Assembly: GCA_016840405.1 (NCBI GenBank)
Contig: JAEOSK010000008.1
Location: 1 to 64,000, forward strand
Reading direction: 5' to 3'
Length of the DNA: 64,000 nucleotides
Source of the DNA: Candidatus Hermodarchaeum yapensis
GTDB taxonomy: Archaea; Asgardarchaeota; Hermodarchaeia; Hermodarchaeales; Hermodarchaeaceae
Shown here: positions 20,222 through 30,315 of the stretch, piece after piece
Layout of the letters: each line of letters starts with the position of its first letter
How positions within the stretch are numbered: the stretch's first letter is position 1
The notes under the pieces: generated by a model
What the model was told of the DNA's origin: nothing
Databases searched by the model: none
What the model saw: the letters and a program-made list of their open reading frames with translations, nothing else
Translations under genes and position numbers: made by a program

Positions 20222-20710
20222 TTGTTCCCTCTTACAATAATACCAAAAATTCACTCTCGGAGTGTGTCCCTCATCAACCCGTCTCCACGTTCAAATAAAC
20301 GGGCATCGGACTCGAAAAACCCTAATGATAAACAAGACGAGCAGTGGATGCTCGATCTTCGACGAAAACGTGACCTCCAAGTGACAGGAAAACCAAAACC
20401 CACCCAACAGCGTAACCTCGAACGATTAAAACACATTCTAAAATCAGAAGGCTTCAAAATTCGTGGAAATCGACTTTTAATTGAGCGTGAAGAGGCAACC
20501 TTTGAAGTTGATCTTAAAATGGGAAATGTTCAAGCCCTGCAAGAGGGAAAAGAACCCCTAATACTCTGCGTTACCCAAGATTCTACACCTTGGGCTAACA
20601 TTGAAGATTTAGCTGACTTCGACCTGTTTCTTCTCTCAATCATCTACCTTCTCGCCCGTGAATCGCTTCCAGAAAGCATCACAGAACAGCTTGAAAATCA
20701 GGAGAATTGA
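20222..20710 (+). CDS. Hypothetical protein; C-terminal half resembles the C-terminal module of DUF4132 proteins
   Basis: Pattern LLI..EATFEVDL..GNV...LCV...LLSIIYLLA...I..QL recognised by eye; true start uncertain. Confidence 0.4.
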   Translation: MFPLTIIPKIHSRSVSLINPSPRSNKRASDSKNPNDKQDEQWMLDLRRKRDLQVTGKPKPTQQRNLERLKHILKSEGFKIRGNRLLIEREEATFEVDLKMGNVQALQEGKEPLILCVTQDSTPWANIEDLADFDLFLLSIIYLLARESLPESITEQLENQEN

Positions 20711-20824
20711 GACGGTTTCGGGTTCTGAATTTCTATTCCACGTTCCATCAAATTCTGATGAAACGGGCGGAAACACTTATAGCTAAAAACTATTGAATCG
20801 TCAAGCCCCGTGGAGGAATACCTT

Positions 20825-21829
20825 ATGGCTGTAAAAGTTGCCATCAACGGACTTGGACGAATCGGACGGAATTTTCTCCGTGGCGTGATGAAGGCCAAAG
20901 ATCTAGAAATCGTTGCAGCAAACGACTTAGGCGATACCAATATTGTTGCACATCTACTGAAATATGACTCAATTTATGGACAATATCCTGGAACCATTGA
21001 AGCTGCCCACAATGAAATCATAATCGACAATCACCCTATCAAAATGTTCCGGGAACGAGACCCCGCTAATCTCCCATGGAAAAAACTGGACGTAGCTATC
21101 GCCATTGAAGCTACGGGTGTTTTTCGTGACCGCGACAAAGCTGCATTACACCAAAAGGCGGGTGCACAAAAGGTGATAATTTCTGCCCCTGGAAAAGGAG
21201 AAGATGCCATGTTTGTTCTCGGCGTCAATGACCACACATATGATCCCGACAAGCATAACATCATCTCGAATGCCTCATGCACCACCAACTGTTTTGCTCC
21301 TGTCATCAAAGTTCTAATGGAAACCTATGGAGTCAAACGGGGGTTCATGTCCACCATACACGGATACACACTCGACCAACGAATGCTCGATGCCATCCAC
21401 AAAGACTACCGACGCGCTCGTGCTGCACCCATCAACATCATCCCCACAACAACAGGGGCTGCAAAAGCCATCATCCGATTGTTTCCCCAGCTTGAAGGTA
21501 AACTTGCTGCTATGGCCTATCGCGTACCAGTTCCGGACGGATCAATCATCGATCTCAGCGTTGAACTTGAAAAAACCACAACAAAAGACGAAATTAACCA
21601 AACCTTCCGCAAGGCGGCTCAAACGAATCTCAAGGGAATCTTACAATACAATGAAGATCCCATCGTATCAACCGATATTATCGGTAATCCCCATTCATCC
21701 ATTTTTGACAGTCAACTCACCGAAGTTCTCAGCAACAACTTTGCTCACGTCGTATCATGGTATGATAATGAAGCAGGTTTTAGCACACGGTTAATTGAAC
21801 TTACTCAATTAGTCGCCTCAAAGATGTAA
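20825..21829 (+). CDS. gap: Glyceraldehyde-3-phosphate dehydrogenase, class I (bacterial/eukaryotic type)
   Basis: INGLGRIGR, SNASCTTNC, IIPTTTGAAKA, RVPVPDGS, WYDNE. Confidence 0.96.
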   Translation: MAVKVAINGLGRIGRNFLRGVMKAKDLEIVAANDLGDTNIVAHLLKYDSIYGQYPGTIEAAHNEIIIDNHPIKMFRERDPANLPWKKLDVAIAIEATGVFRDRDKAALHQKAGAQKVIISAPGKGEDAMFVLGVNDHTYDPDKHNIISNASCTTNCFAPVIKVLMETYGVKRGFMSTIHGYTLDQRMLDAIHKDYRRARAAPINIIPTTTGAAKAIIRLFPQLEGKLAAMAYRVPVPDGSIIDLSVELEKTTTKDEINQTFRKAAQTNLKGILQYNEDPIVSTDIIGNPHSSIFDSQLTEVLSNNFAHVVSWYDNEAGFSTRLIELTQLVASKM

Positions 21830-21894
21830 AAAAAGAAGGGACACGAGGACTATCTGCAAGAAATAATCCTCATAATCCTTCTCATGAGTATTGG

Positions 21895-22278
21895 TTACTC
21901 CAGTTTTGGTTCTGACAAGAGTTGAGCGAGAAGATGCCCGCCAAAGGTAAGACTTGCAGAGGTTCGCCGCCTACTCGCTGGTTTAGTTTCCAGTAATCCT
22001 GCCTCTTTGAGAACATTTAGGTTAAATTTTGTAGTACTTAGTGGCATACCTAATTTCTGCGAAAGACGATCTGCGAGCCCAGTGGGTGAAAGATCGGGAT
22101 AGTAACGTAGTGTTTGATTTGAAGCAAACAGTAACAGGCGTTGTTTTTCAGTTAATCGTGTTGACGCAAGCTGCGTGAATGCATTCGCTAGGTGTAGCAT
22201 AAAGCGTTCAAAAAGCGGAGTCGAACCCAAGTCATCGAAGAAGTAACCTTCGGTGGAGGATTTCGTAGCCAACCCCAT
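21895..22278 (-). CDS. Winged-HTH (ArsR-like) protein
   Basis: TGLADRLSQKLGMPLSTTKFNLNVLKEAGLL. Confidence 0.7.
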   Translation of the reverse strand: MGLATKSSTEGYFFDDLGSTPLFERFMLHLANAFTQLASTRLTEKQRLLLFASNQTLRYYPDLSPTGLADRLSQKLGMPLSTTKFNLNVLKEAGLLETKPASRRRTSASLTFGGHLLAQLLSEPKLE

Positions 22279-22467
22279 CAGGTTCAGTTGCCATGCATGA
22301 TACCTCCATAATTTATGAGACTTGAGTAAAAGGGCATTAGAAATAACAGTGTATTAACGTTTTGGTCAAGAATTCCTAGCCAGACTACTCACAAAAGCCT
22401 TGGGAATCTAACCGCTACACTAATTTTTTTACAAGGTTTTTTCAAGATTATATCAGGTGAAATGCTC

Positions 22468-22641
22468 TTGTCGAAAGTTGAATTTGAATATGTTTGCATA
22501 CAAGTTGACCATCACAAAACAATTGCTAAAGCAATTACCCAATACCTACAGGAGGGTTGGCGGCTTCACACTTACCAAGCTGTAGGCTCACCAACCATGG
22601 TAAACCATTATCTGCTCTTCGAAAGGGGCTTGGATTGGTAA
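22468..22641 (+). CDS. 57-aa DUF4177-like small protein, copy 1 (not in ORF track)
   Basis: AGGTGA RBS, TTG start, MSKVEFEYVCIQVDHH...QEGWRLHTYQ...HYLLFERGLDW; paralog at 26457. Confidence 0.8.
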   Translation: MSKVEFEYVCIQVDHHKTIAKAITQYLQEGWRLHTYQAVGSPTMVNHYLLFERGLDW

Positions 22642-23275
22642 ATCCGCGACAACGTTGGTGGCGTTTACTCAAAGGTCATTTACAATCAGGACTCTAGACA
22701 AGTCGATTTTTAGTCAAGACAATCTGATTTATTACAAAATTTATGAGAAAAGTACAAAATGACAGTTGATGATTCCTGACTTCTAAATTCAGCTCATTCT
22801 TTTCCCAAAGAGTAGTTTTATTTTACCTGCGGGTTTTTGCAGTTTTCATGTATTTTTTTATGGATCCAATTGCTGCAACACCAAACAAGATTAGCCATAA
22901 AATAAGAATGATTAGTGCATGAAGAATTAAATTCCAGAAAATACAATTGTAGTTCCATCTCTTACATTGCCTCTATATTTAAAACACGTAAGCTTTCTTT
23001 CACCGCCCAAAGTCAGGATTTTAGGCATTTGCCATCATATAAAATTCGCAAGAAGATTTCGAAATTTTTTCTTATTGGAGTTACCCTTGATTTTAAACAT
23101 GAAGTTCACCCACTCCTAAGATTAACACGTGAACAGACAAACTTCATACATTTTCAATGGATATCAATAACACATTATAAAAATTTCCGAGTATCTTAGT
23201 AAAATAAAATCTAAAACTAAGAAAAAGAGAAAAATTTATAACATTCTTGATGTCCTCTCCCTTCTGGTGAAGAGT

Positions 23276-24496
23276 ATGGAGGGCACTTTAGAGGCTTATG
23301 TGTCTCGTGAGATCATCCGAATATATAGAGATCACTCTCTCGTGGCGGTAAACGAGGTTTTACCGGGTCGAATGATTGTCGACTTCCATTTTAAGAAGAG
23401 CGACGACACCGACGTTTTCGTGGAAGTTACTGCTAAGAAGATAGGGCGCACTATGCTCGATTGGATAATCAATATTTACGCGGCGATCTCCAACATTGAA
23501 CCCACATTGATGAGATTCGAGCTGATAGTGGTTGGCCCGGAAGTAGAGGACTCTTTGAGAAAGGAGCTTGAAAAGATTCCAGTGAAGTTGCTGACCTTCG
23601 AGCAGATCGGGATAACAAGTGAAGATGTTCTAAAATTAAGAGAATTTGAGCTACAGAGAAAACGAGAAACTCGGCGTCTTTCACCGGATGAAGCTAAGCT
23701 GGTTGCCACCTGGGAGTCTGAAAACGAGACTATTATCCGTTCTTCTAACGTTCAGGAGGCTTTGGGTTGTTCGCCAGATTATGCATATCTGTTGCTACAC
23801 AGTCTCGAAGAAAAGAAGTGGATAGAGCGAGTTTCCCAAGGTCTATATCAGTTCATCCCTTTAAGCTATGGCTACCCAGACAGAATACCACCTACAAATC
23901 CCTACGTTATCGGTGCCTCTCTCATCGAGCCATACTATTTCAGTTACTACACATCCAACAGTCATTACGGACTCACTACACAGATTCCCTACATGGTATT
24001 CATTGCGACCACTAAGAAGAAGCCAGATTTCGAGTGGTCAGGTAGCAATTTTAAATTCATAACGTTGTCTAAGAACAAGTTCTTTGGTTACAGGAAAGAA
24101 GTAATTTTCGATACGTTAGTGAACATAGCCGAGCAGGAAAAATCACTGGTAGACTCATTCGATAAACCGAGATATGCAGGTGGGGTAGAGCAACTGGCGG
24201 GGATTATGTGGCGAGGGCTCTCCCGAGTCAATAAGGATAAGCTTGTCAAGTATGCGGTAAAGATGAACTCCCATTCCCTTATCCAAAGATTGGGCTTCAT
24301 CATCTCTTTTCTTGCTGAGGAAGATCTCGTGAAGCCACTATCAACCAAACTAGAGAATATGTTACTAGACCATATAGGAAGAACGGTAATATACCTAGAC
24401 TCAAAGAGGCCGAAGTCAGGTAAGATTTCCAAGAAGTGGAGAGTAATCAACAACGTCCCTAGATCTCAGCTGCTAAGCGAAATCGAAATAAGGTGA
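23276..24496 (+). CDS. AbiEi-like (COG5340) type IV antitoxin with an extra N-terminal restriction-endonuclease-like domain
   Basis: wHTH (L.EKKWIERVSQGLY), YFSYYTSNSHYGLTTQIP, EKSLVD; N-terminal VDF...FVEVT pattern; GGTGA RBS. Confidence 0.8.
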   Translation: MEGTLEAYVSREIIRIYRDHSLVAVNEVLPGRMIVDFHFKKSDDTDVFVEVTAKKIGRTMLDWIINIYAAISNIEPTLMRFELIVVGPEVEDSLRKELEKIPVKLLTFEQIGITSEDVLKLREFELQRKRETRRLSPDEAKLVATWESENETIIRSSNVQEALGCSPDYAYLLLHSLEEKKWIERVSQGLYQFIPLSYGYPDRIPPTNPYVIGASLIEPYYFSYYTSNSHYGLTTQIPYMVFIATTKKKPDFEWSGSNFKFITLSKNKFFGYRKEVIFDTLVNIAEQEKSLVDSFDKPRYAGGVEQLAGIMWRGLSRVNKDKLVKYAVKMNSHSLIQRLGFIISFLAEEDLVKPLSTKLENMLLDHIGRTVIYLDSKRPKSGKISKKWRVINNVPRSQLLSEIEIR

Positions 24497-24499
24497 GCA

Positions 24500-25384
24500 A
24501 TGGTGCTGGAGCAAAGACACGTAACCTTTTACGCCCGCTCAAGTGGGATACCAGAAAATAGGGCTGAGCGGGACATAGTTCTAACCTATGTCTTACGCAT
24601 CATGTCTAAAACCATGCTTTCAAGACTAGCTTTCAAAGGTGGAACCTCCCTAAAGAAGATATATTTTGGGAAGACAGGCAGGTTCTCAATGGACCTCGAC
24701 TTTACAAGCATCGATATAAGTCCTAAGGAGTTCCGCGAAGAAATCAAGGGTCTTTTGAACAAAAAGAGCTGGTATGGCATAGACTTCACGGTAGTTGAAG
24801 AAAACCAGACTTCAGAATCCTATCTAGCAGTGGTAAGATACACCCACGAATGGAATCCAGGAACCCTCTTCGAACTCTAGGTTAGCTACCGAGAAGAACC
24901 TATCGTTCCTCCTGTAGAACTTCTTCTCCAGAGTGAGATTTACTTCAAGTATTGCGAGTTCCAAAGATTTCCTGTACAATGTATGCAAAGGGATGAGGTT
25001 CTATCTGAAAAAATTAGAGCAGCTTTCCAAAGAGCCAATAGTAGAGATCTGTACGACCTATACTTATTCTCCGAACTCCCTCATAATAGAGAAACCATCA
25101 AGGCGCTAGTGGCTGTAAAATGTTGGAATGTAAGAGACCCATTCGATTCAAAATTATTCTTTGAGAAGGTGGAAAAAGGTGACTACGACTGGGAAGATCT
25201 CAGAAACCTCGTTCGTAAAGAAAGATTGCCCCTAGAAGAAGAAGTTATCACAAAAGTACTAGACGGATATGAGTATTTAGGAGACATGGATAAAGATCTA
25301 TCTAAAATTATTAGAGATTCAAAGGCGCATAAGGAGAAGAATCTTGTAGCAAAAATATTAGCCCATTTGAGAGACAAGTGCTAA
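24500..25384 (+). pseudogene. AbiEii/DUF1814 nucleotidyltransferase toxin interrupted by one in-frame TAG (24878-24880)
   Basis: FKGGTSLKK..RFSMDLDF before the stop, EKIRA...RDLYDL after it; the 34 intervening codons are open and in frame. Confidence 0.85.
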
Positions 25385-25511
25385 TCCTAAAAAATTGCTA
25401 ATCAGTCTTTTTAGATATTCTCACTATATACATAAGGCTTTAACCGACCGATTCAAGTTTTTAAGAACCTTTGAGTGAAAAATTCTTCCGGAGAGCTGTT
25501 CGAGGAAGAAT

Positions 25512-25979
25512 AGGAACTAATATTTTTTGGATGAGTTTTATTTTACACAGCGATTCAGATAAGGGTGTGTGAATTTCCCTAGGAATAAAAAAATCAGTGT
25601 CTGAGATGTGTTGCTACAAAAATTAGATTCGATTATAAAGAGAAAGAATGACCTCATTGAGAAAAATCTCACAGAAGAAGTATCTGAACAATACAATGAG
25701 CTTCTGGCTAGGCAAGTCAGCCTTGAAGAAAACCTCAAGAAGCACGACGATGAGTATATGAAGAAAGAAAGGGCGTTTGATCGAAGCAAGTGTCCAATAT
25801 CTACTCCCTTCAATGAGGAATGGAGTTCCTTTAAGCCCTCCCTCAAAGATTCCGGCGATTTTCTTGAGCCTTAAAAACATGAAGATTGCCTCGATGATTC
25901 TAACAGCCCGGGTAATAAAGAGCTCAGAAGAAACTGTTTATAGAAACTTAGGGTAAATTAACGAAGAATATTAGTTCCT
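25512..25979. mobile_element. 468-bp MITE-like or deleted IS with terminal inverted repeats
   Basis: AGGAACTAATATTTTTTG (25512-29) vs CGAAGAATATTAGTTCCT (25962-79), 16/18 complementary; encloses an 88-aa ORF fragment; no clear target duplication. Confidence 0.5.
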
Positions 25980-25998
25980 CTGCTAAACTTTTGCTAAC

Positions 25999-26025
25999 TG
26001 ACAGTTTACTGATCCTAAACTGTCA
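25999..26025. repeat. Perfect 10-bp inverted repeat with 7-nt spacer
   Basis: TGACAGTTTA-CTGATCC-TAAACTGTCA. Confidence 0.8.
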
Positions 26026-26388
26026 TAATACCTTTTTCCAGACAATAAAGAGCAATGAGATTATTAGTCCAAATCCCAAAGAGCCAACCTAAATCATAAT
26101 GGTCAATAGCCAAGCTTGTTTTGTTAAAGGTGGACTCCGCCTAACTAAAAAAATTCCGCTAGTAGCGAAACCTGCTGCGACATATAACCAAATGCAAAAC
26201 AAGAAACCTAGAAAAAGCAAAACTACCTGCATTAGGGCACTGTATAGTTGCTCTGGTTGAAGTTGAGTAAGAAACAAGGTTATGCTTGTGAAAACAAAAC
26301 CGGCCATGAGAGAAGCCAAACTTACAATGGTTCCCGAGTGTTTTAGATAATCCGAATAGTCTGTACCCGATTCCGTCACTTCCTCCAC
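26023..26388 (-). pseudogene. Small membrane protein with in-frame TAG at 26089-26091
   Basis: Two hydrophobic helices, TAG, then in-frame VGSLGFGLIISLLFIVWKKVL before TGA. Confidence 0.5.
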
Positions 26389-26456
26389 CTAGTAACTCAA
26401 TGAGCTGCTAATCCTTTTATCCCTATTCTTGTTGTGTTATCATAGGTGAAAGCCAT

Positions 26457-26630
26457 TTGAAGGAAATTGATTTTGAGTATGTTTGTGTACAAGTTAACCA
26501 TCATAAGAACATCGCCAAGGTCATTACCGAATATCAACAAGAAGGCTGGCGACTTCATACCTATCAGGCAACCGGAGATCCCAACTGGGTCAATCATTAT
26601 CTGCTCTTTCAACGAGAAATCACATGGTAA
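26457..26630 (+). CDS. 57-aa DUF4177-like small protein, copy 2 (not in ORF track)
   Basis: AGGTGA RBS, TTG start, MKEIDFEYVCVQVNHH...; 39/57 aa identical to copy 1. Confidence 0.8.
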   Translation: MKEIDFEYVCVQVNHHKNIAKVITEYQQEGWRLHTYQATGDPNWVNHYLLFQREITW

Positions 26631-26711
26631 GCAATTTAATTCTTATTTTTGTTTATCTAAAAAGGGGATTTTTTATATTATTTTCAAAATACTGAATGAA
26701 TGGAATAATTC

Positions 26712-26909
26712 ATGTTTGAGAATGAACCTCTGAAACTAAATTTCTGGCAACCTGAACCTGTTAATGAAAGAATGATACAGTTAAAGAAAAAAGGAACATC
26801 AAACGGCGCTATAATCGAACACATATTTGACGAATTTCAAATCTCACTTTCTAGAGGCAGGCTAAAAAATTGGCCGAAAGCTTTGCAAGCATTTTCAACA
26901 AAACATTAA
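26712..26909 (+). pseudogene. HTH fragment similar to the C-terminus of the 28552-29088 ORF
   Basis: MIQLKKKGTSNGAIIEHIFDEFQISLS aligns by eye with MMKQHQDGISYGEIAVQIFEELGVSYS. Confidence 0.45.
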
Positions 26910-26964
26910 ATATTGGATGAATGATTACAAACTCGTTGCTTTGAACAACAGAGGAAGCGATCCA

Positions 26965-28149
26965 ATGGTGTATTTAGTTGGAGAAGCACTCATAGGTAAG
27001 GGACCAGAAATTGCTCACGTGGATATGATTATTGGAGATAAGTCTGGCCCGGTTGGAACCGCCTTTGCACACGGCATGACGAATGTTTCACATGGTCATT
27101 CCCCGTTATTGGCGGTGATTCGACCGAATCTTCCACCGAAACCGCATACGCTCATTATACCAAAAGTTACGGTTAAAGACATGGGTGATGCTGAGAAAAT
27201 CTTCGGCCCAGCTCAAGCTGCAGTAGCAAAGGCAGTCGCTGATGCCCTAGAAGAAGGAATTATCCCTAAAGGGAAGGCGGATGAATGGGTTGTTATCTGT
27301 AGTGTTTTTATTCATCCAGATGCGAAAGATTACCGGCGAATCTATCATTACAATTATGCAGCGACAAAGCTTTCGATTCAACGGGCTCTCTCTAACTATC
27401 CTCCTGTGGATAAAATTATGTACGATAAAGATCGGGCAACGCATCCAATCATGGGCTTTCGGGTACCACGACTGTGGCGTCCACCCTATCTCCAAATAGC
27501 ACTAGATGTTCCGGACCTTGAAAAAACAAAGAAAATAATTGCTGCACTACCACGAAGCGATAATTTAATTCTGGAAGCCGGAACTCCTCTCATCAAACGG
27601 TACGGTACTGCTGTCCTTAGTGATTTAAGAGAAGTTTCGAAGGACAAATTCTTGGTTGCTGATCTGAAAACGCTTGATGTAGGGAAGGTCGAAGTTGACT
27701 TAGCTTTTGACGAATCCGCAGATGCTGTAGTTGTATCTGGGCTAGCATCTCTAGAAACAATTGATCAATTCATCTATGAAACAAACCGGTTGGGCATATA
27801 CTCCTTTGTTGATATGATGAATGTGGAAGATCCTGTTGCAAAACTTCAAAGTCTGAAGATGCCACCAAATGTTGTAATTATGCATCGTGGTATCGACACC
27901 GAAGGTCGTGCAGAGCACAAATGGGATATTGTAAAGGCTGTGAAAACAGCCTTCAAGGGCAAACGCCTCCTCGTTTCGGTAGCTGGTGGCATCCGACCGG
28001 ATAATATTAGCGCTGCGCTCAAAGCCAAAGCCGATATCATCGTAGTTGGACGATATATTACGCAATCTCGCGATGTCGAAAGGTCAACTCGAGAATTCCT
28101 CACCCAAATGCAGGGTGATATTGATCTATTCCGAGTCCACACCGAATAA
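26965..28149 (+). CDS. fae-hps: Bifunctional formaldehyde-activating enzyme / 3-hexulose-6-phosphate synthase
   Basis: [27 protein letters not shown], then [26 protein letters not shown]. Confidence 0.94.
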   Translation: MVYLVGEALIGKGPEIAHVDMIIGDKSGPVGTAFAHGMTNVSHGHSPLLAVIRPNLPPKPHTLIIPKVTVKDMGDAEKIFGPAQAAVAKAVADALEEGIIPKGKADEWVVICSVFIHPDAKDYRRIYHYNYAATKLSIQRALSNYPPVDKIMYDKDRATHPIMGFRVPRLWRPPYLQIALDVPDLEKTKKIIAALPRSDNLILEAGTPLIKRYGTAVLSDLREVSKDKFLVADLKTLDVGKVEVDLAFDESADAVVVSGLASLETIDQFIYETNRLGIYSFVDMMNVEDPVAKLQSLKMPPNVVIMHRGIDTEGRAEHKWDIVKAVKTAFKGKRLLVSVAGGIRPDNISAALKAKADIIVVGRYITQSRDVERSTREFLTQMQGDIDLFRVHTE

Positions 28150-28273
28150 TCACAATACTACGAGCTCTTTCCAAGGTGCACAATACTAAATGCGCTTAGG
28201 ATGAGTGCACTTATGTTGAGTTCTTTAACTTAGTTCTGAATGAAAAATTAGTTACAAGCACGGAGATTAACAA

Positions 28274-29088
28274 TTGGCGCGTCCTCCGCAAACAACAAAG
28301 AACCGCACAGCAATCCACATATGGCGCCCCATTATTAAAGGCGTCCAAATCACATCAAAAGAACAAATCCAAGAGATAATTAACACTGAATACCCTGGAC
28401 TCAAACGTAACCCTGATTTCTCAAATCTTCACCACGACGCCGAAATTCGCCTTGACCTCATTACTAAACTTGAAGGAAAAGCATATCTTGAAATCGAAAC
28501 CCGTAATTTGTTAATCGACGAATTTGGCATTAGCTATCGGAAAATGACCACTTGGGCTCAAGCAGCTCGCCAACCTCGTTTATACTACCTCATCAAAAAC
28601 AGTACTTCCAAAAAGGAAGCCTGAAGGCTCCAAAGAAAATTCGTCTGAAATTCCTTCAAGGTCTTAATGATGGTGATGGAAGCGCCTGTGCTAAGAATAT
28701 GAGACTAAGTATTGCTTGTGGAGTTAATCATAACTTCGTACAGAACCTTCTAAACACGTTCAACGTTGAATCGAACTTTTTGACCGAAGGTCGAGGTGTA
28801 AGGATCGACAAAGTTGAAAGCATTATTCGGGCATCAAAACTCCCCTTCTTCCTGCATGCCACAGGACGACAAGATACTGCTGAAACAATGGTTGAGATGA
28901 TTATTGCACGAAGAGTACATATGCACACACCTATCTCTGAAGAATTAATGGAATACATGATGAAACAACATCAAGATGGAATATCGTATGGAGAAATTGC
29001 TGTTCAGATTTTCGAAGAATTAGGAGTTTCATACTCTAAGGAAAGAGTGCGTATAAACATCAAAAAAAGAAGAATATTGAACATGTAA
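28274..29088 (+). pseudogene. Disrupted LAGLIDADG + HTH protein (two overlapping frames)
   Basis: FLQGLNDGDGS LAGLIDADG motif, C-terminal HTH; frame break near 28620. Confidence 0.6.
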
Positions 29089-29168
29089 TTACAAAATGGG
29101 GCAATGGATAGATTCAAAAAAACAATAGATAGAAAAGAGAGATACAATCTTCTTAATAGGAGAATTCT

Positions 29169-29468
29169 ATGCCTTCAGGTATTAAAAGACTCGTTCTCGA
29201 TGTCCTCAAGCCTCACGTCCCGAACCTTGTTGATATAGCAACGTTGGTAGGAAAGGTTGAGGGTGTTGTTGGTGTCAACGTCGCCCTTGTTGAAGTCGAC
29301 TCTCATACAGAGTCTATTAAGGTAACAGTTGAAGGTGATAATCTCGAATTTGAAGAGGTTAAAGCCGCACTCGAAGCCTGTGGAGCTTCTGTTCACTCAA
29401 TCGATCAAGTTGTTGCTGGACGCACTGTTGTAGAAGAAGTAAAAACCCATATGGAAAACGGTGGCTAA
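29169..29468 (+). CDS. DUF211 family protein
   Basis: IKRLVLDVLKPH, SVHSIDQVVAG. Confidence 0.9.
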   Translation: MPSGIKRLVLDVLKPHVPNLVDIATLVGKVEGVVGVNVALVEVDSHTESIKVTVEGDNLEFEEVKAALEACGASVHSIDQVVAGRTVVEEVKTHMENGG

Positions 29469-30130
29469 ACGCCGATTGCCCATTTTGAATTTTCAATCAA
29501 TGCTTCTACATGAGGTGCTAAATGTTCGTATAGCGAGTTGTAAAAGACCTTTGGAAGCAATTGCAATACTGAAAAAATACGATTCAACAATCCGCTTATT
29601 ACGGGTTCAAGAAGCTCACGACGATTAGCAATGTGCGAAGTTAAAACAGCATCAATCGCCGTTTCTTCTGCTAACGCATCAATTAGCCGATATATTGGTC
29701 CCATTTTTTCAAGAAAATAGGGGAGCCCTCTTTCATCGTATAGAATGATTATCCCTAGCTTTTCGACAATTCGTTTAGTATACCAATCGATACTCGAATC
29801 TTTTGCGGCGAATGCATCTTGAAATAAAGGATCCGCGGGTTGTCGTTTTGTCCCCTCTGAAGTGTCAGATGAAAAATAGCTTCGCGGAACCAGATTCGGG
29901 TAGGTGTTAGGGTGTCGAAAAGCAATGTAAAGTGCTGCTGCAAACAGGGCCTCAGGTTCTCTTCCAAGGTCTTGGGTTCCTAAAAGGCTGGCAAGTATTC
30001 GTAGTGACGGAAGCATCAAATCCTGGCGAACTTGCTTAGACTGGTAAAGGCGATACGCATCTTTTAGATGAATGATAGGTGCTTTAACGTCCGACCTTGC
30101 TGCACCATTCACTCCAGTCTTCGACACCAA
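29465..30130 (-). CDS. Hypothetical protein with a TFB/cyclin-fold-like repeat
   Basis: LGREPEALFAAALYIAFR resembles the TFIIB repeat signature; no zinc ribbon. Confidence 0.5.
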   Translation of the reverse strand: MVSKTGVNGAARSDVKAPIIHLKDAYRLYQSKQVRQDLMLPSLRILASLLGTQDLGREPEALFAAALYIAFRHPNTYPNLVPRSYFSSDTSEGTKRQPADPLFQDAFAAKDSSIDWYTKRIVEKLGIIILYDERGLPYFLEKMGPIYRLIDALAEETAIDAVLTSHIANRRELLEPVISGLLNRIFSVLQLLPKVFYNSLYEHLAPHVEALIENSKWAIGV

Positions 30131-30315
30131 TTGTACTAAGCTCCGTAGAGAATAACTCTCTCATTTAAGATAAGTAGTCCTAAATATACTTTAGGCGAGT
30201 CTAGTTAGTTTCTATGGCATTCGCTTGAACGACCAAGCTAACATTTCTTTAATTCGCTGGAAATGTGTTTTCGTTCAGTAATTTTCTATCAAGAGCCCAT
30301 ATTAAACCAATTTTC

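Noticed and set aside
22348-22421. Long imperfect hairpin resembling an integron attC site (TATTAAC, GGTCAAGA/TCTAACC)
   Set aside because: No matching GTTRRRY box at the right position, no repeated attC-like sites between island genes, and no integrase.
22700-23199. ORF 22915-23199 and minus-strand fragments
   Set aside because: AT-rich, with several short broken frames and no recognisable domain; probably gene debris.
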